Of a stretch of DNA of 64,000 nt, positions 27,415 to 37,516 are shown piece after piece; position 1 is the stretch's first letter; each line of letters opens with the position of its first letter. Source of the stretch: Candidatus Campbellbacteria bacterium (lineage in GTDB: Bacteria > Patescibacteriota > Minisyncoccia > Phycocordibacterales > JABAAK01); NCBI GenBank assembly GCA_028817035.1, contig JAPPQH010000015.1:1895-65894 (forward strand). Direction: 5' to 3'. The notes under the pieces were generated by a model, which searched no databases, was not told the origin of the DNA, and was given only the letters and a program-made list of their open reading frames with translations. Made by a program: the position numbers and the translations under genes.

Positions 27415-29574
27415 ATGGAAAGAGATTATCCGCTTGATAAAGTAAGAAATATAGGAATAATAGCCCACATAGATGCGGGCAAAACGACCACAACAGAGAG
27501 GGTTCTTTTTTATACTGGCGTATCGCACAAAATAGGAGAAGTTCACGAGGGTGAGGCGGTGATGGACTGGATGGAACAGGAGAGAGAAAGAGGGATAACA
27601 ATAACATCTGCTGCGACTACTTGTTTTTGGGTTCCGACATATGCAGGAACTGACACATCAAAGAAACATCGTTTTAATATAATTGACACACCTGGTCATG
27701 TTGACTTCACAGCAGAGGTTGAGAGATCATTAAAAGTTTTAGATGGCGGTGTTGTTGTTTTTGACGGAGTTGCTGGTGTTGAGTCACAGTCAGAAACAGT
27801 GTGGCGACAGGCAGACAAATATAAAGTCCCAAGAATTTGTTTCATAAACAAACTTGATAGAACAGGAGCAAGTTTTGAGCGATCTTTCAAAACAATACTT
27901 GAACGCCTTACCACAAACGCGATAATGATGCAGATCCCTATTGGTGAAGAAGACGAACTTAAAGGGATAATAGATTTTCTTGAAATGAAGGCGTATTACT
28001 TTGACGGTGAGAGAGGTGAGAAAGTAAGAAAAGAAGAAGTGCCAAGTGAATACAAAGAACAAGCAGAGAAAAAACGAGCAGAACTTATTGAAGCAATTGC
28101 AGAGAGTGATGACAAACTTGCGGAGGAATACCTTGAAGGAAAAGAGATAACAGTTGATGTTGCAAAAAAAGCACTTCGTAAGGCAGTTATTGAAAACAAA
28201 ATAGTCCCTGTTTTTGCCGGCTCTTCACTTAAAAACAAAGGGGTTCAATTGGTTCTTGATGCTGTTATTGATTATCTTCCTTCTCCTCTTGATATCCCTC
28301 CTGTCAAAGGGGTCAATCCAAAAGATGAAAGTGAGGTTACAAGAAAGGCATCTGATGATGAACCGTTCTCTGCCCTCGTGTTCAAACTGCAAGCAGATCC
28401 TTTTGTCGGACAGCTCGCCTTTTTCCGTGTTTATTCGGGGGTTCTTGACGCTGGCTCTTTTGTGTATAACTCATCGGCAGATAAAAAGGAAAGGATAGGA
28501 AGAATTGTCAGATTGCACGCCAATTCAAGAGAAGAGGTAAAGAGGGTGTATTCAGGTGAGATAGCCGCAGCGATAGGGCTAAAAGACTCAAAAACATCAC
28601 ACACTCTATGTGATGAGCAGAACCAGATTCGCCTTGAAACAATAACATTTCCCGAGCCAGTTGTTAATTTAAGAATTGAACCAAAGACAAAAGGGGATCA
28701 AGAAAAAATGGGAATGGCGTTGAAAAAACTTTCTGATGAAGACCCTACTTTTCGTGTTTCAAGTGACTCAGAAACATTAGACACAATAATTGCAGGTATG
28801 GGCGAACTTCACCTTGAAGTTTTGGTTGAGAGAATGAGAAGAGAGTTTAGTGTGGAGGCAACAACCGGTGCACCGCAGGTTGCGTATAGAGAAACAATAG
28901 TAGGAAATGCAGATGAGGAATACAAATACATCCGCCAGAGCGGTGGTCGCGGTCAATACGGTCATGTAAAAATAAAAATAAAACCGCTTGATAAAGAAGC
29001 GCAGAAAAATGAAGACGGCAAAAAAGCAAAGAACATACACAGAGAAGATGGTTTTGAATTTATAAACAGTATAAAAGGAGGTATCATCCCGCAAGAGTAT
29101 ATCCCTGCTGTAAGAAAAGGAATAAAAGAAGCCATGGATCGCGGTGTCCTTGCTGGCTACTCAATGAGAGATGTATCCGTTGAACTTTATGATGGATCGT
29201 TCCACGAAGTTGACTCATCAGAAATCGCATTCAAAATCGCGGCAAGTCATGCGTTTCAAGAAGGCGCAAAAAAAGCAAAACCTGTTTTGCTTGAGCCGAT
29301 AATGAAACTTGAGGTTACAACTCCAGAAAAATTTATGGGAGACATAACAGGACACTTAAATTCAAGGAGAGGTCAGATGTTGGGAATGGAAGATGTCAGC
29401 AATCTGAAGATAATCCGCGCACTCGTGCCTTTGGCAGAGCTGTTTGGATACACAACCACCCTCCGTTCAATGACAGAAGGGCGAGCAACGCCAACTATGG
29501 AGTTTTCCTCATATGAGATAGTCCCAAACAATGTGGCAGAAGGCATCGTATCCCAGAGAAAACCCTCTGCTTGA
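27415..29574 (+). CDS. fusA: elongation factor G
   Basis: [19 protein letters not shown]. Confidence 0.99.
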   Translation: MERDYPLDKVRNIGIIAHIDAGKTTTTERVLFYTGVSHKIGEVHEGEAVMDWMEQERERGITITSAATTCFWVPTYAGTDTSKKHRFNIIDTPGHVDFTAEVERSLKVLDGGVVVFDGVAGVESQSETVWRQADKYKVPRICFINKLDRTGASFERSFKTILERLTTNAIMMQIPIGEEDELKGIIDFLEMKAYYFDGERGEKVRKEEVPSEYKEQAEKKRAELIEAIAESDDKLAEEYLEGKEITVDVAKKALRKAVIENKIVPVFAGSSLKNKGVQLVLDAVIDYLPSPLDIPPVKGVNPKDESEVTRKASDDEPFSALVFKLQADPFVGQLAFFRVYSGVLDAGSFVYNSSADKKERIGRIVRLHANSREEVKRVYSGEIAAAIGLKDSKTSHTLCDEQNQIRLETITFPEPVVNLRIEPKTKGDQEKMGMALKKLSDEDPTFRVSSDSETLDTIIAGMGELHLEVLVERMRREFSVEATTGAPQVAYRETIVGNADEEYKYIRQSGGRGQYGHVKIKIKPLDKEAQKNEDGKKAKNIHREDGFEFINSIKGGIIPQEYIPAVRKGIKEAMDRGVLAGYSMRDVSVELYDGSFHEVDSSEIAFKIAASHAFQEGAKKAKPVLLEPIMKLEVTTPEKFMGDITGHLNSRRGQMLGMEDVSNLKIIRALVPLAELFGYTTTLRSMTEGRATPTMEFSSYEIVPNNVAEGIVSQRKPSA

Positions 29575-29700
29575 CTAATACAGCCCAGTTCGGTAACATA
29601 TACCTTTGTTACTGCTCAAGCACAGCACTAACGCGGCTCTTCGTTATTTGAACGAATCCGACAGCACAAAATATCGTTTTGTGTAAGTGCTACATTAACA
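29571..29700 (+). promoter_or_regulatory. tuf promoter and structured leader
   Basis: TTGACT-17-TAACAT; AGCACT/AGTGCT stem enclosing two hairpins. Confidence 0.45.
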
Positions 29701-29721
29701 ATATTTAGATAATAATTTAAT

Positions 29722-30918
29722 ATGGCAGAAAAATTCCAAAGAGATAAACCTCATATAAATGTGGGAACAATCGGTCATGTCGACCACGGAAAAACAACAT
29801 TGACTGCTGCAATCCTCAAAACGCTTAACGCGAAAGGAGATGGCTTTTCAGCTAATGTAAAAGATGTGGGACAAATCGACTCTGCACCAGAAGAAAAACA
29901 GCGTGGAATAACCATCGCACTTTCTCACAGTGAGTACTCAACCCCACAAAGACACTATGCCCATGTTGATGCGCCAGGTCACGCTGACTACATCAAAAAC
30001 ATGATTACAGGTGCCGCACAAATGGATGGAGCAATAATAGTAATTGCCGCATCTGATGGTCCGATGCCACAAACGAGAGAGCACATTCTTCTTGCAAAGC
30101 AAGTTGGTGTTCCAAAGATTTTGGTATTCATAAACAAGTGTGATGCAGTTGACGATCAAAGCCTGATTGACCTTGTTGAAGAAGAAACAAGAGAACTTCT
30201 TGAGAAATACGGATTTGACAAAGACGCACCGATAATAAGAGGATCTGCGCTAAAAGCGCTTGAAGCACCAGACGCAAGTGACGAGTGGAGTCAAAAAATA
30301 GTTGAACTTATTACAAAGATGGACGAATACATCCCAGTCCCTAACCGTGAGACAGACAAGCCGTTCTTGATGCCTATTGAGGACATATTCTCAATTGAAG
30401 GTCGCGGAACAGTAGTTACTGGAAAGATTGAAAGAGGAGTGGTTAAAGTAGGAGATGAGGTTGAGATAGTGGGTATAAAAGACACCACAAAAACGACCGT
30501 TACAGGTATTGAAATGTTTAACAAATCTCTTGATGACGGGCAGGCAGGCGACAACGCAGGAGTCCTTATCCGTGGTATGAAAAAAGAAGATGTTCATCGC
30601 GGACAGGTTCTTGCAAAGCCAAGCAGCGTAACTCCACACACAGAGTTTGACGCTGAAGTATATGTCCTATCAAAAGAAGAAGGAGGACGACACACGCCTT
30701 TCTTTTCTGGTTACAAGCCTCAGTTCTACATGAGAACAACAGATGTTACAGGTGAGATAAAACTTGCTGATGGCGTTGAAATGATAATGCCAGGAGACAC
30801 AGCAACATTCAACATAAAGTTGGTATCTCCAGTTGCGCTTGAAGAAAAGCAGCGTTTTGCAATCCGTGAAGGAGGTAAAACTGTTGGAGCAGGTGTTGTT
30901 ACAAAAATAATCTCCTAA
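29722..30918 (+). CDS. tuf: elongation factor Tu
   Basis: [21 protein letters not shown]. Confidence 0.99.
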   Translation: MAEKFQRDKPHINVGTIGHVDHGKTTLTAAILKTLNAKGDGFSANVKDVGQIDSAPEEKQRGITIALSHSEYSTPQRHYAHVDAPGHADYIKNMITGAAQMDGAIIVIAASDGPMPQTREHILLAKQVGVPKILVFINKCDAVDDQSLIDLVEEETRELLEKYGFDKDAPIIRGSALKALEAPDASDEWSQKIVELITKMDEYIPVPNRETDKPFLMPIEDIFSIEGRGTVVTGKIERGVVKVGDEVEIVGIKDTTKTTVTGIEMFNKSLDDGQAGDNAGVLIRGMKKEDVHRGQVLAKPSSVTPHTEFDAEVYVLSKEEGGRHTPFFSGYKPQFYMRTTDVTGEIKLADGVEMIMPGDTATFNIKLVSPVALEEKQRFAIREGGKTVGAGVVTKIIS

Positions 30919-30935
30919 TAATCTTAAGATTGATT

Positions 30936-31322
30936 ATGAAGGTAGATGCAAAGAATAAAAAGACAGACGGAAAGAGCAAAGATAAGAAACCAATGAGTAT
31001 GCAAAAGCTTCGCATTCGCGTGCAAGCATACGACAGTCGTGTTCTTGATACATCAGTAAAACAGGTTGTAGACACCGGTCTGCGACTTGGTTTCAAGGTT
31101 GTTGGTCCTGTACCTTTGCCGACCACAATCAAAAAGTATTCTGTTAATAGATCTACCTTCATCTTCAAGTCATCGGGAGAGCAGTTTGAAACAAGAGTTC
31201 ACAGAAGGTTAATTGACATATTGAACCCAACACAACAAGTTATAGAAGCATTAACAAACATTGACCTACCAACAGGTGTTAATGTAAGTGTTAAGCTCAT
31301 AGCAAACGAAAACTCTTCATAG
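30936..31322 (+). CDS. rpsJ: 30S ribosomal protein S10
   Basis: GPVPLPT, EQFETRVHRRLIDI. Confidence 0.97.
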   Translation: MKVDAKNKKTDGKSKDKKPMSMQKLRIRVQAYDSRVLDTSVKQVVDTGLRLGFKVVGPVPLPTTIKKYSVNRSTFIFKSSGEQFETRVHRRLIDILNPTQQVIEALTNIDLPTGVNVSVKLIANENSS

Positions 31323-31361
31323 TCGCGTTCTCCAGTCAGACAACAAAATATAATAACCCAT

Positions 31362-31940
31362 ATGAAATTTCTTTTAGGAAAAAAAGAAGAAATGACGCAA
31401 TTATTTGATGATGATGGTGTAGTTCATCCTGTAACCATGCTATCGCTTGAGCCGATAATCGTCACAAAAATATTTGACACGGAAAGCCGTGGTTATTCAT
31501 CTGTTCAAGTGGGATATGGAAATTCTCCTAAAAAGTCATCAAAAGAAAGTTTCAAAGGTCTTAAAGAATTTCGTATGGATGATACCTCTGGATACAAAGA
31601 GGGCAACGAGATAAACACAGGTGAAACTTTCAAAGAAGGAGATATGGTCCGTCTGTCTTCTGTCTCAAAGGGTAAAGGTTTTCAAGGCGTTGTCAAAAGA
31701 CACGGCTTTCACGGTGGTCCGAGAACACACGGTCAGAGAAAAGGAGAAAGAATAGGAGGAGCGATTGGGGGCGGTCTTCAAGCTCGTGTTCCAAAAGGCA
31801 AAAAAATGCCAGGAAGAATGGGAGGAGACAGAGTCACCATCAAGAAAGCAAAAATTGTAAAAGTAGAAGACGGAAAGATATACATAAGAGGTTCGGTTCC
31901 TGGCTCAAGGGGGACACTTGTTGAAATAAGAGGAATTTAA
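31362..31940 (+). CDS. rplC: 50S ribosomal protein L3
   Basis: SKGKGFQGVVKRHGF, MPGRMG. Confidence 0.97.
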   Translation: MKFLLGKKEEMTQLFDDDGVVHPVTMLSLEPIIVTKIFDTESRGYSSVQVGYGNSPKKSSKESFKGLKEFRMDDTSGYKEGNEINTGETFKEGDMVRLSSVSKGKGFQGVVKRHGFHGGPRTHGQRKGERIGGAIGGGLQARVPKGKKMPGRMGGDRVTIKKAKIVKVEDGKIYIRGSVPGSRGTLVEIRGI

Positions 31941-31946
31941 TCTAAT

Positions 31947-32615
31947 ATGAACGCACAAGTATTTGACATAGAAGGTAAAAAAGTAAAGAGTTTTCAACTC
32001 CCATCTGAAATTTTTGATGTGGCGTGGAATGCAGACCTTGTAAAACAGGTTGTAGACACCGCTGAGGCAAATACAAGGATTGCAAAAGCACACACAAAAA
32101 TGAGAGGAGAGGTGCGCGGTGGTGGTAAAAAACCTTGGAGACAAAAAGGAACAGGAAGGGCAAGACACGGATCACGCCGTTCTCCTATATGGGTTGGTGG
32201 TGCTATAACTTTTGGACCACGAAATGAGAAAGTGTACAAAAAAAACATAACAAAGAAAATGAAAGCAAAAGCCCTTGCATCAATGCTTTCACAAAAGGCA
32301 AGAGATGGAGAGTTGTTTTTCTTCAACGATATTGATTTTGGTGACAAGCCAAAAACAAAAAAAGCAGTAGAAATGTTTGGAAAAATATCAAAGAAGGATT
32401 TTAACCCACTTTCAAAAACATCAAAGGCATCCCTTGTTCTACTTTGCAACGACAACAAAACAACAACAAGAAGTTTACAAAATATAAACAATGTTGGCGT
32501 TTCACTTGTCTCCTCTTTGAATGCAAGAGATTTGGCTCTTTACAAATACATTTTTATGGTTGACCCAGAAAAATGTGTGGAGATACTAACAAAGCGTTTA
32601 GTAGAAAATAAATAA
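31947..32615 (+). CDS. rplD: 50S ribosomal protein L4
   Basis: KPWRQKGTGRARHGS. Confidence 0.97.
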   Translation: MNAQVFDIEGKKVKSFQLPSEIFDVAWNADLVKQVVDTAEANTRIAKAHTKMRGEVRGGGKKPWRQKGTGRARHGSRRSPIWVGGAITFGPRNEKVYKKNITKKMKAKALASMLSQKARDGELFFFNDIDFGDKPKTKKAVEMFGKISKKDFNPLSKTSKASLVLLCNDNKTTTRSLQNINNVGVSLVSSLNARDLALYKYIFMVDPEKCVEILTKRLVENK

Positions 32616-32621
32616 AGTATT

Positions 32622-33107
32622 ATGAAAATATTTGGAATTGACTTCGGCAAAAAAGACAAAGATGAAAATGACAAGAAAGTTGTTATTGATGATTCTATTG
32701 GTGAAGAAGAAACCCTTGAAACATTCTCACAACCGACAACTCCAACCAAAAAGAAATTTGTAAAAAGGGTTTCAAAAAAAGCGCCAAAGAAAAAACTCCG
32801 CAGGACAAACTTCACTACGAAGAAAATGAGCAAGACAAGTGTTCTCGTGAAGCCGTATTACACGGAAAAAGCAGCAGATTCTTCTGAAAAATCAATATAT
32901 ATCTTTGAGGTTAACAGCCGTGCAGGAAAGCGAGAGGTGGCATCCGCTATAAAAGAAAAATACAATGTCATCCCAAAGAAGGTTAATATATTGACAACCT
33001 CATCAAAGCCAACATCCCTACGCCGTGTGGGGCGTGCTGGACGCACACAAGTGAAGAAAAAAGCTTATGTGTATCTTGCTAAGGGAGATAAGATTCAATT
33101 CTCATAA
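32622..33107 (+). CDS. rplW: 50S ribosomal protein L23 with long N-terminal extension
   Basis: PYYTEKA...KKAYVYL; operon position. Confidence 0.92.
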   Translation: MKIFGIDFGKKDKDENDKKVVIDDSIGEEETLETFSQPTTPTKKKFVKRVSKKAPKKKLRRTNFTTKKMSKTSVLVKPYYTEKAADSSEKSIYIFEVNSRAGKREVASAIKEKYNVIPKKVNILTTSSKPTSLRRVGRAGRTQVKKKAYVYLAKGDKIQFS

Positions 33108-33112
33108 ATAAT

Positions 33113-33952
33113 ATGAAAGTACTTAAACCAACAACACCAGGATCGCGTGGAACAAAACTTCTTTCATTCAAAGGAGTTACAGCAAAAAAACCACACAAAA
33201 AATTAACATCAGGAGCGAAACGCGCATCCGGTCGTGGAAGTGCTGGTCGTATAACTATGAGACACAAAGGTGGCGGACACAAAAAAAGATATAGGAAAGT
33301 TGATTTTCTCTATAACAAACACGGAATACCAGCGCGCATTGAAACAATTGAGTATGACCCACACAGAACCGGCTTCATCGCACTCGCGTGTTATAAAGAT
33401 GGAGAAAAAAGATACCTGCTCGTCCCATCAAACATAGAAGTTGGTAATACAATAGTTACAGCAGAAAAGACACCATTGAGAACAGGAAACAGGATGATGC
33501 TTAAACACATGCCAGTCGGAACTTCTGTATACAATATAGAACTCAAACCAAACGGAGGAGCAAAGCTTGCCCGCTCCGCAGGTAACTTCGCAGAGGTTGT
33601 CGCGCAGGATGCAGGCAACACAAACCTCAAACTCTCCTCTGGCGAGGTAAGAAAAGTGTCCGACAGGTGCTTTGCCTCAATAGGCTCTGTCTCAAATGAA
33701 GAGAATAAACTGCGTGTTTTAGGCAAAGCAGGGCGAAGCAGACACATGGGCAGACGCCCAACCGTCCGTGGTTCCGCGATGAACCCAGTAGATCACCCCT
33801 ATGGAGGCGGTGAAGGGCGCGCAGGACGAGGTCGAAGAAGGGCGGTGTCTAAATGGGGCAAAGGAGTAGGAAAGGGTCAAAAAACGAGGCGACCGAAAAA
33901 ATACTCAAATGTATTCATCGTTTCGTCCCGACACAAGAAACGCAGGAGATAG
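33113..33952 (+). CDS. rplB: 50S ribosomal protein L2
   Basis: RGSAMNPVDHPYGGGEG. Confidence 0.98.
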   Translation: MKVLKPTTPGSRGTKLLSFKGVTAKKPHKKLTSGAKRASGRGSAGRITMRHKGGGHKKRYRKVDFLYNKHGIPARIETIEYDPHRTGFIALACYKDGEKRYLLVPSNIEVGNTIVTAEKTPLRTGNRMMLKHMPVGTSVYNIELKPNGGAKLARSAGNFAEVVAQDAGNTNLKLSSGEVRKVSDRCFASIGSVSNEENKLRVLGKAGRSRHMGRRPTVRGSAMNPVDHPYGGGEGRAGRGRRRAVSKWGKGVGKGQKTRRPKKYSNVFIVSSRHKKRRR

Positions 33953-34017
33953 TCACAATTTGACATCAACATTTCTCTGCGATAGCATAAAACTTGTGTT
34001 TATAAACACAGACAAAC

Positions 34018-34359
34018 ATGGCAAGATCAATCAAAAAAGGTCCACACATAGACTTTAAATTAATGAAGAAAATAGACGGCAAAACACCCGAGCAAGTCGG
34101 TGATATAAAGACATGGGCAAGGGCAAGCCAGATATCACCCAAGATGATTGGTTTTACTTTTCTTGTCCACAACGGAAAGACATTTATAAAAGTATTTGTC
34201 ACAGAAGAAATGGTCGGACACCGTCTCGGAGAATTTTCGCCGACAAAGAGGTTTGTAAAACACGGAGGAAAAATACAGAAAGAACTTGATCAGAAGAGAA
34301 AGGAAGCAGAGATAACTGCAGCAAAAGCAGCGAGGGAAACATCTGCGGCTAAAAAATAA
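34018..34359 (+). CDS. rpsS: 30S ribosomal protein S19
   Basis: VHNGK, GHRLGEFSPT. Confidence 0.97.
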   Translation: MARSIKKGPHIDFKLMKKIDGKTPEQVGDIKTWARASQISPKMIGFTFLVHNGKTFIKVFVTEEMVGHRLGEFSPTKRFVKHGGKIQKELDQKRKEAEITAAKAARETSAAKK

Positions 34360-34370
34360 GATAGATTATT

Positions 34371-34706
34371 ATGAAAGCGAATTTGAAAAATTACAGGCAG
34401 TCGCCAAGAAAGGCAAGGTTGGTCGCAAACACTGTTAAAGGAAAAAATGTTTCTCATGCGTGTGCGATTCTCTCCTTCTTAAACAAAAGGGCAGCGCACC
34501 CAATAAAGAATTTAATTCTTTCAGCATCACAGAACGCAAAAGAAAAAAATAAAGAAATTGGAGACAAGGACTTAATAATTAAAAGTATAAGAGTTGATGA
34601 CGGTATCATCCTAAAAAGAGGGCGTGCTGGTAGTCGCGGAACAGGAAAACCCATCAAAAAAAGAACAAGCAATATATCCATTGAGCTTGAAAAGAAAAAA
34701 GTATGA
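34371..34706 (+). CDS. rplV: 50S ribosomal protein L22
   Basis: SPRKARLV; operon position. Confidence 0.96.
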   Translation: MKANLKNYRQSPRKARLVANTVKGKNVSHACAILSFLNKRAAHPIKNLILSASQNAKEKNKEIGDKDLIIKSIRVDDGIILKRGRAGSRGTGKPIKKRTSNISIELEKKKV

Positions 34707-35377
34707 CACACAATGTTCACCCATACATACACCGTTTAGGAATAATAAAAGACTGGAAATCTTCCTGGTTTATTAATGATGCCAAAAAATACAGAGAAGC
34801 ACTCCGTTGCGACCATGTAATCCGCAAGTTTTTAGAGAAACGCCTTAAAGGCATGTTGGTTGATGATGTTTTCATAGAGCATAAAAGAAAAGCAATAGCG
34901 ATAACCATAAAAACAGCACGACCAGGACTACTCATAGGAAAATCAGGGGCAGGCATAGAAACCCTTAAAAAAGAAATTGAAAAAGTTGTAAAAAAAGCAA
35001 AAGTAGAATATCAGGAAATCGTATTACACATTGAAGAAATAAAATTCATAGAACCACACGCAGCACTTGTCGCAGAAACAATAGTCGCAGGTCTTGAGAA
35101 AAGAATGCAGTTCCGCCGTCTACTAAAGCAGACAGCAGAAAAGGTGATGGCAAACAGCGCAGTAAAAGGAGTAAGAATAGTTCTCTCAGGCAGGTTGGGT
35201 GGCGCAGAGATCGCAAGGTCGGAACACATAAGAAAAGGAAGAGTTCCCTTGCAGACATTTCGTTCTGATATTGACTACGCACACAAACCAGCAGTTTTGT
35301 CTTATGGAACAATCGGCGTGAAAGTTTGGGTGTACAGAGGAGATGTGTATGCAAAAAAGAACAAAGAATATAATTAA
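34703..35377 (+). CDS. rpsC: 30S ribosomal protein S3
   Basis: RPGLLIG, SGRLGGAEIAR, GRVPLQT. Confidence 0.97.
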   Translation: MTHNVHPYIHRLGIIKDWKSSWFINDAKKYREALRCDHVIRKFLEKRLKGMLVDDVFIEHKRKAIAITIKTARPGLLIGKSGAGIETLKKEIEKVVKKAKVEYQEIVLHIEEIKFIEPHAALVAETIVAGLEKRMQFRRLLKQTAEKVMANSAVKGVRIVLSGRLGGAEIARSEHIRKGRVPLQTFRSDIDYAHKPAVLSYGTIGVKVWVYRGDVYAKKNKEYN

Positions 35378-35383
35378 AAAACT

Positions 35384-35803
35384 ATGTTAATACCTTCAAA
35401 AGTAAAATATCGCAAAGTTCAAAAGAAGCGAACAAACAAAAACAAAACACACACGGAAACGCGTGGGACAAAAGTTTCTTTTGGATCTTATGGATTGAAA
35501 TCGCTTGCAGAAGGAAAATTGAAATCCAACCAGATTGAAGCAGCACGAAGGTGCATCGTCCGTTCAGCAGGAAAAACCGCTAAATTTTGGATACGAGTGT
35601 TCCCAGACAGACCTTTTACTAAAAAGCCATCAGAGGTTAAAATGGGTAAGGGCAAGGGTGATGTTGAGGGCTTTGAGTTCAAGGTCATGCCAGGCAGAGT
35701 CATATTTGAGCTGGACAACGTATCAAAAGAAATAGCGACATTGGCACTCAACAAGGCAGGTAGCAAATTGCCTGTAAAGACAAAAGTAGTATCACGAGAA
35801 TAA
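35384..35803 (+). CDS. rplP: 50S ribosomal protein L16
   Basis: QIEAARR, MGKGKG. Confidence 0.97.
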   Translation: MLIPSKVKYRKVQKKRTNKNKTHTETRGTKVSFGSYGLKSLAEGKLKSNQIEAARRCIVRSAGKTAKFWIRVFPDRPFTKKPSEVKMGKGKGDVEGFEFKVMPGRVIFELDNVSKEIATLALNKAGSKLPVKTKVVSRE

Positions 35804-35804
35804 T

Positions 35805-35993
35805 ATGGATATAAAAGATTTGAAAATAAAGAGCAAGGCAGAAATAATAGAAGAGTTAAAAAAACTCCAAGATAGTTTGCAGTCCGAACGGTTTGGAGGC
35901 AGTGGTGTAAGTGATGTCAAAAAAACACATATGAGAAAACAACTGCGCCGAGATATCGCAAGGATAAAAACACTCTTAGCATCACGATCTTAA
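35805..35993 (+). CDS. rpmC: 50S ribosomal protein L29
   Basis: RRDIARIKT. Confidence 0.93.
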   Translation: MDIKDLKIKSKAEIIEELKKLQDSLQSERFGGSGVSDVKKTHMRKQLRRDIARIKTLLASRS

Positions 35994-36002
35994 TTATTTA
36001 TT

Positions 36003-36263
36003 ATGGAAAAAACATCAGAAACAAAAACACAAAGCAGAAAAAAACAACTCAAAGGAGTTGTCGTGTCTGACAAGATGAAAGACACGGCAGTTGTTCAAGT
36101 TGTGCGATTTGTGAAACACCCACGATACGGAAAGTATGTAAAGAGAATAAAAAAATACAGCTCACACAACACAATAGGCGCAAAGGAAGGCGACACAGTG
36201 ATAATAAGAGAAACAAAACCAATCTCTAAAAGAAAATCATTTGAGATAACCTCAATAAAATAA
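36003..36263 (+). CDS. rpsQ: 30S ribosomal protein S17
   Basis: VVSDKM, HPRYGK, KPISK. Confidence 0.96.
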   Translation: MEKTSETKTQSRKKQLKGVVVSDKMKDTAVVQVVRFVKHPRYGKYVKRIKKYSSHNTIGAKEGDTVIIRETKPISKRKSFEITSIK

Positions 36264-36268
36264 TACTT

Positions 36269-36649
36269 ATGATACAGCCACAAACACTCGTAAAAATAGC
36301 AGACAACTCAGGCGCAAAAATAGGGCGCGTTTTCAAAGTGCTTGGTGGCTCAAGAAAAAGATATGCACGCATAGGCGACAAAGTTGTTTTATCCGTCCAA
36401 ACCGCAGAACCAAAGAAATTGGCTCAAAGCGCAAAGAAAAAAGATGTATTTCATGCGGTAATAGTCCGTCAAGTTGCGCCATACAGAAGGAAAGACGGAT
36501 CATACATCCGTTTTGATGAAAACGCTGCCGTCCTTATTGAAAAAGGAAAATACGAACCGCGAGGAAATCGTATTTTTGGCCCAGTCCCCCGCGAGCTATC
36601 ATCATTGGGTTATCAAAAAATCGTATCTCTCGCAAATGAAGTAATATGA
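36269..36649 (+). CDS. rplN: 50S ribosomal protein L14
   Basis: [20 protein letters not shown]. Confidence 0.97.
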   Translation: MIQPQTLVKIADNSGAKIGRVFKVLGGSRKRYARIGDKVVLSVQTAEPKKLAQSAKKKDVFHAVIVRQVAPYRRKDGSYIRFDENAAVLIEKGKYEPRGNRIFGPVPRELSSLGYQKIVSLANEVI

Positions 36650-36951
36650 AAATAAAAAAAGGAGACAAAATAATAGTAATAAAAGGTAAAGACAAGGGAA
36701 AAACTGGAGAAGTTATAAAATCAATCCCAAGCAAGTTATCCGTGGTTGTAAAAGGTGTGTGTGTAAGAACAGTCCATCAGCGAGCACGACAAAAAGGCGA
36801 AAAAGGAGCACTTGTAAAAAAAGAAATGCCAATAAACATTTCAAATGTATCACTCTTTGACTCAAAAACAAAAAAGCCAACAAAGACAAAATGGGAAGTC
36901 AAAGACAACAAAAAAATCCGCGTCCCAAGAAAAAGTGATGTAAAAATTTAA
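36646..36951 (+). CDS. rplX: 50S ribosomal protein L24
   Basis: [19 protein letters not shown] motif. Confidence 0.96.
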   Translation: MKIKKGDKIIVIKGKDKGKTGEVIKSIPSKLSVVVKGVCVRTVHQRARQKGEKGALVKKEMPINISNVSLFDSKTKKPTKTKWEVKDNKKIRVPRKSDVKI

Positions 36952-36952
36952 T

Positions 36953-37495
36953 ATGAATACAATAAATCAAAAACTAAAAGAATCTTTCAAGGCAATAGGG
37001 AAACAGAGAAATCTGAAAAACCCAATGCAAGCCTTCAAACTGGAGAAAATAGTCATCTCTGCAGGTGTTGGTCGTGTGAAAGACAAGTCACGCATAGAAC
37101 TCATACAAGACCGCCTCGCAAAAATAACAGGATACAAACCAGTTCCGTGTGCCGCAAAAAAATCAATCGCATCTTTCAAACTCCGCCAAGGCGACATAAT
37201 AGGATACAAAGTAACACTAAGAGGAAAAGCAATGGAAGACTTTCTTGAGAAATTTATAAACATAACACTCCCACGAAGCCGTGACTTTCGCGGAATAACC
37301 CCAAAAGGCATTGACAAAGCAGGCAACCTCACAATAGGGATACAAGAGCACATAATCTTCCCAGAAACCTCAAACGAAGAAGCAAAAGACATATTCGGAC
37401 TCGCAGTAACACTTGTTACAAACACAACAAACCACGAAGACACAAAAGCATTCCTAACCTACCTCGGCATCCCCTTTAAGAAAGACACTGCCTAA
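36953..37495 (+). CDS. rplE: 50S ribosomal protein L5
   Basis: KKSIASFKLR, LPRSRDFRG. Confidence 0.97.
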   Translation: MNTINQKLKESFKAIGKQRNLKNPMQAFKLEKIVISAGVGRVKDKSRIELIQDRLAKITGYKPVPCAAKKSIASFKLRQGDIIGYKVTLRGKAMEDFLEKFINITLPRSRDFRGITPKGIDKAGNLTIGIQEHIIFPETSNEEAKDIFGLAVTLVTNTTNHEDTKAFLTYLGIPFKKDTA

Positions 37496-37516
37496 AACAA
37501 GGGTTATAATATAATC

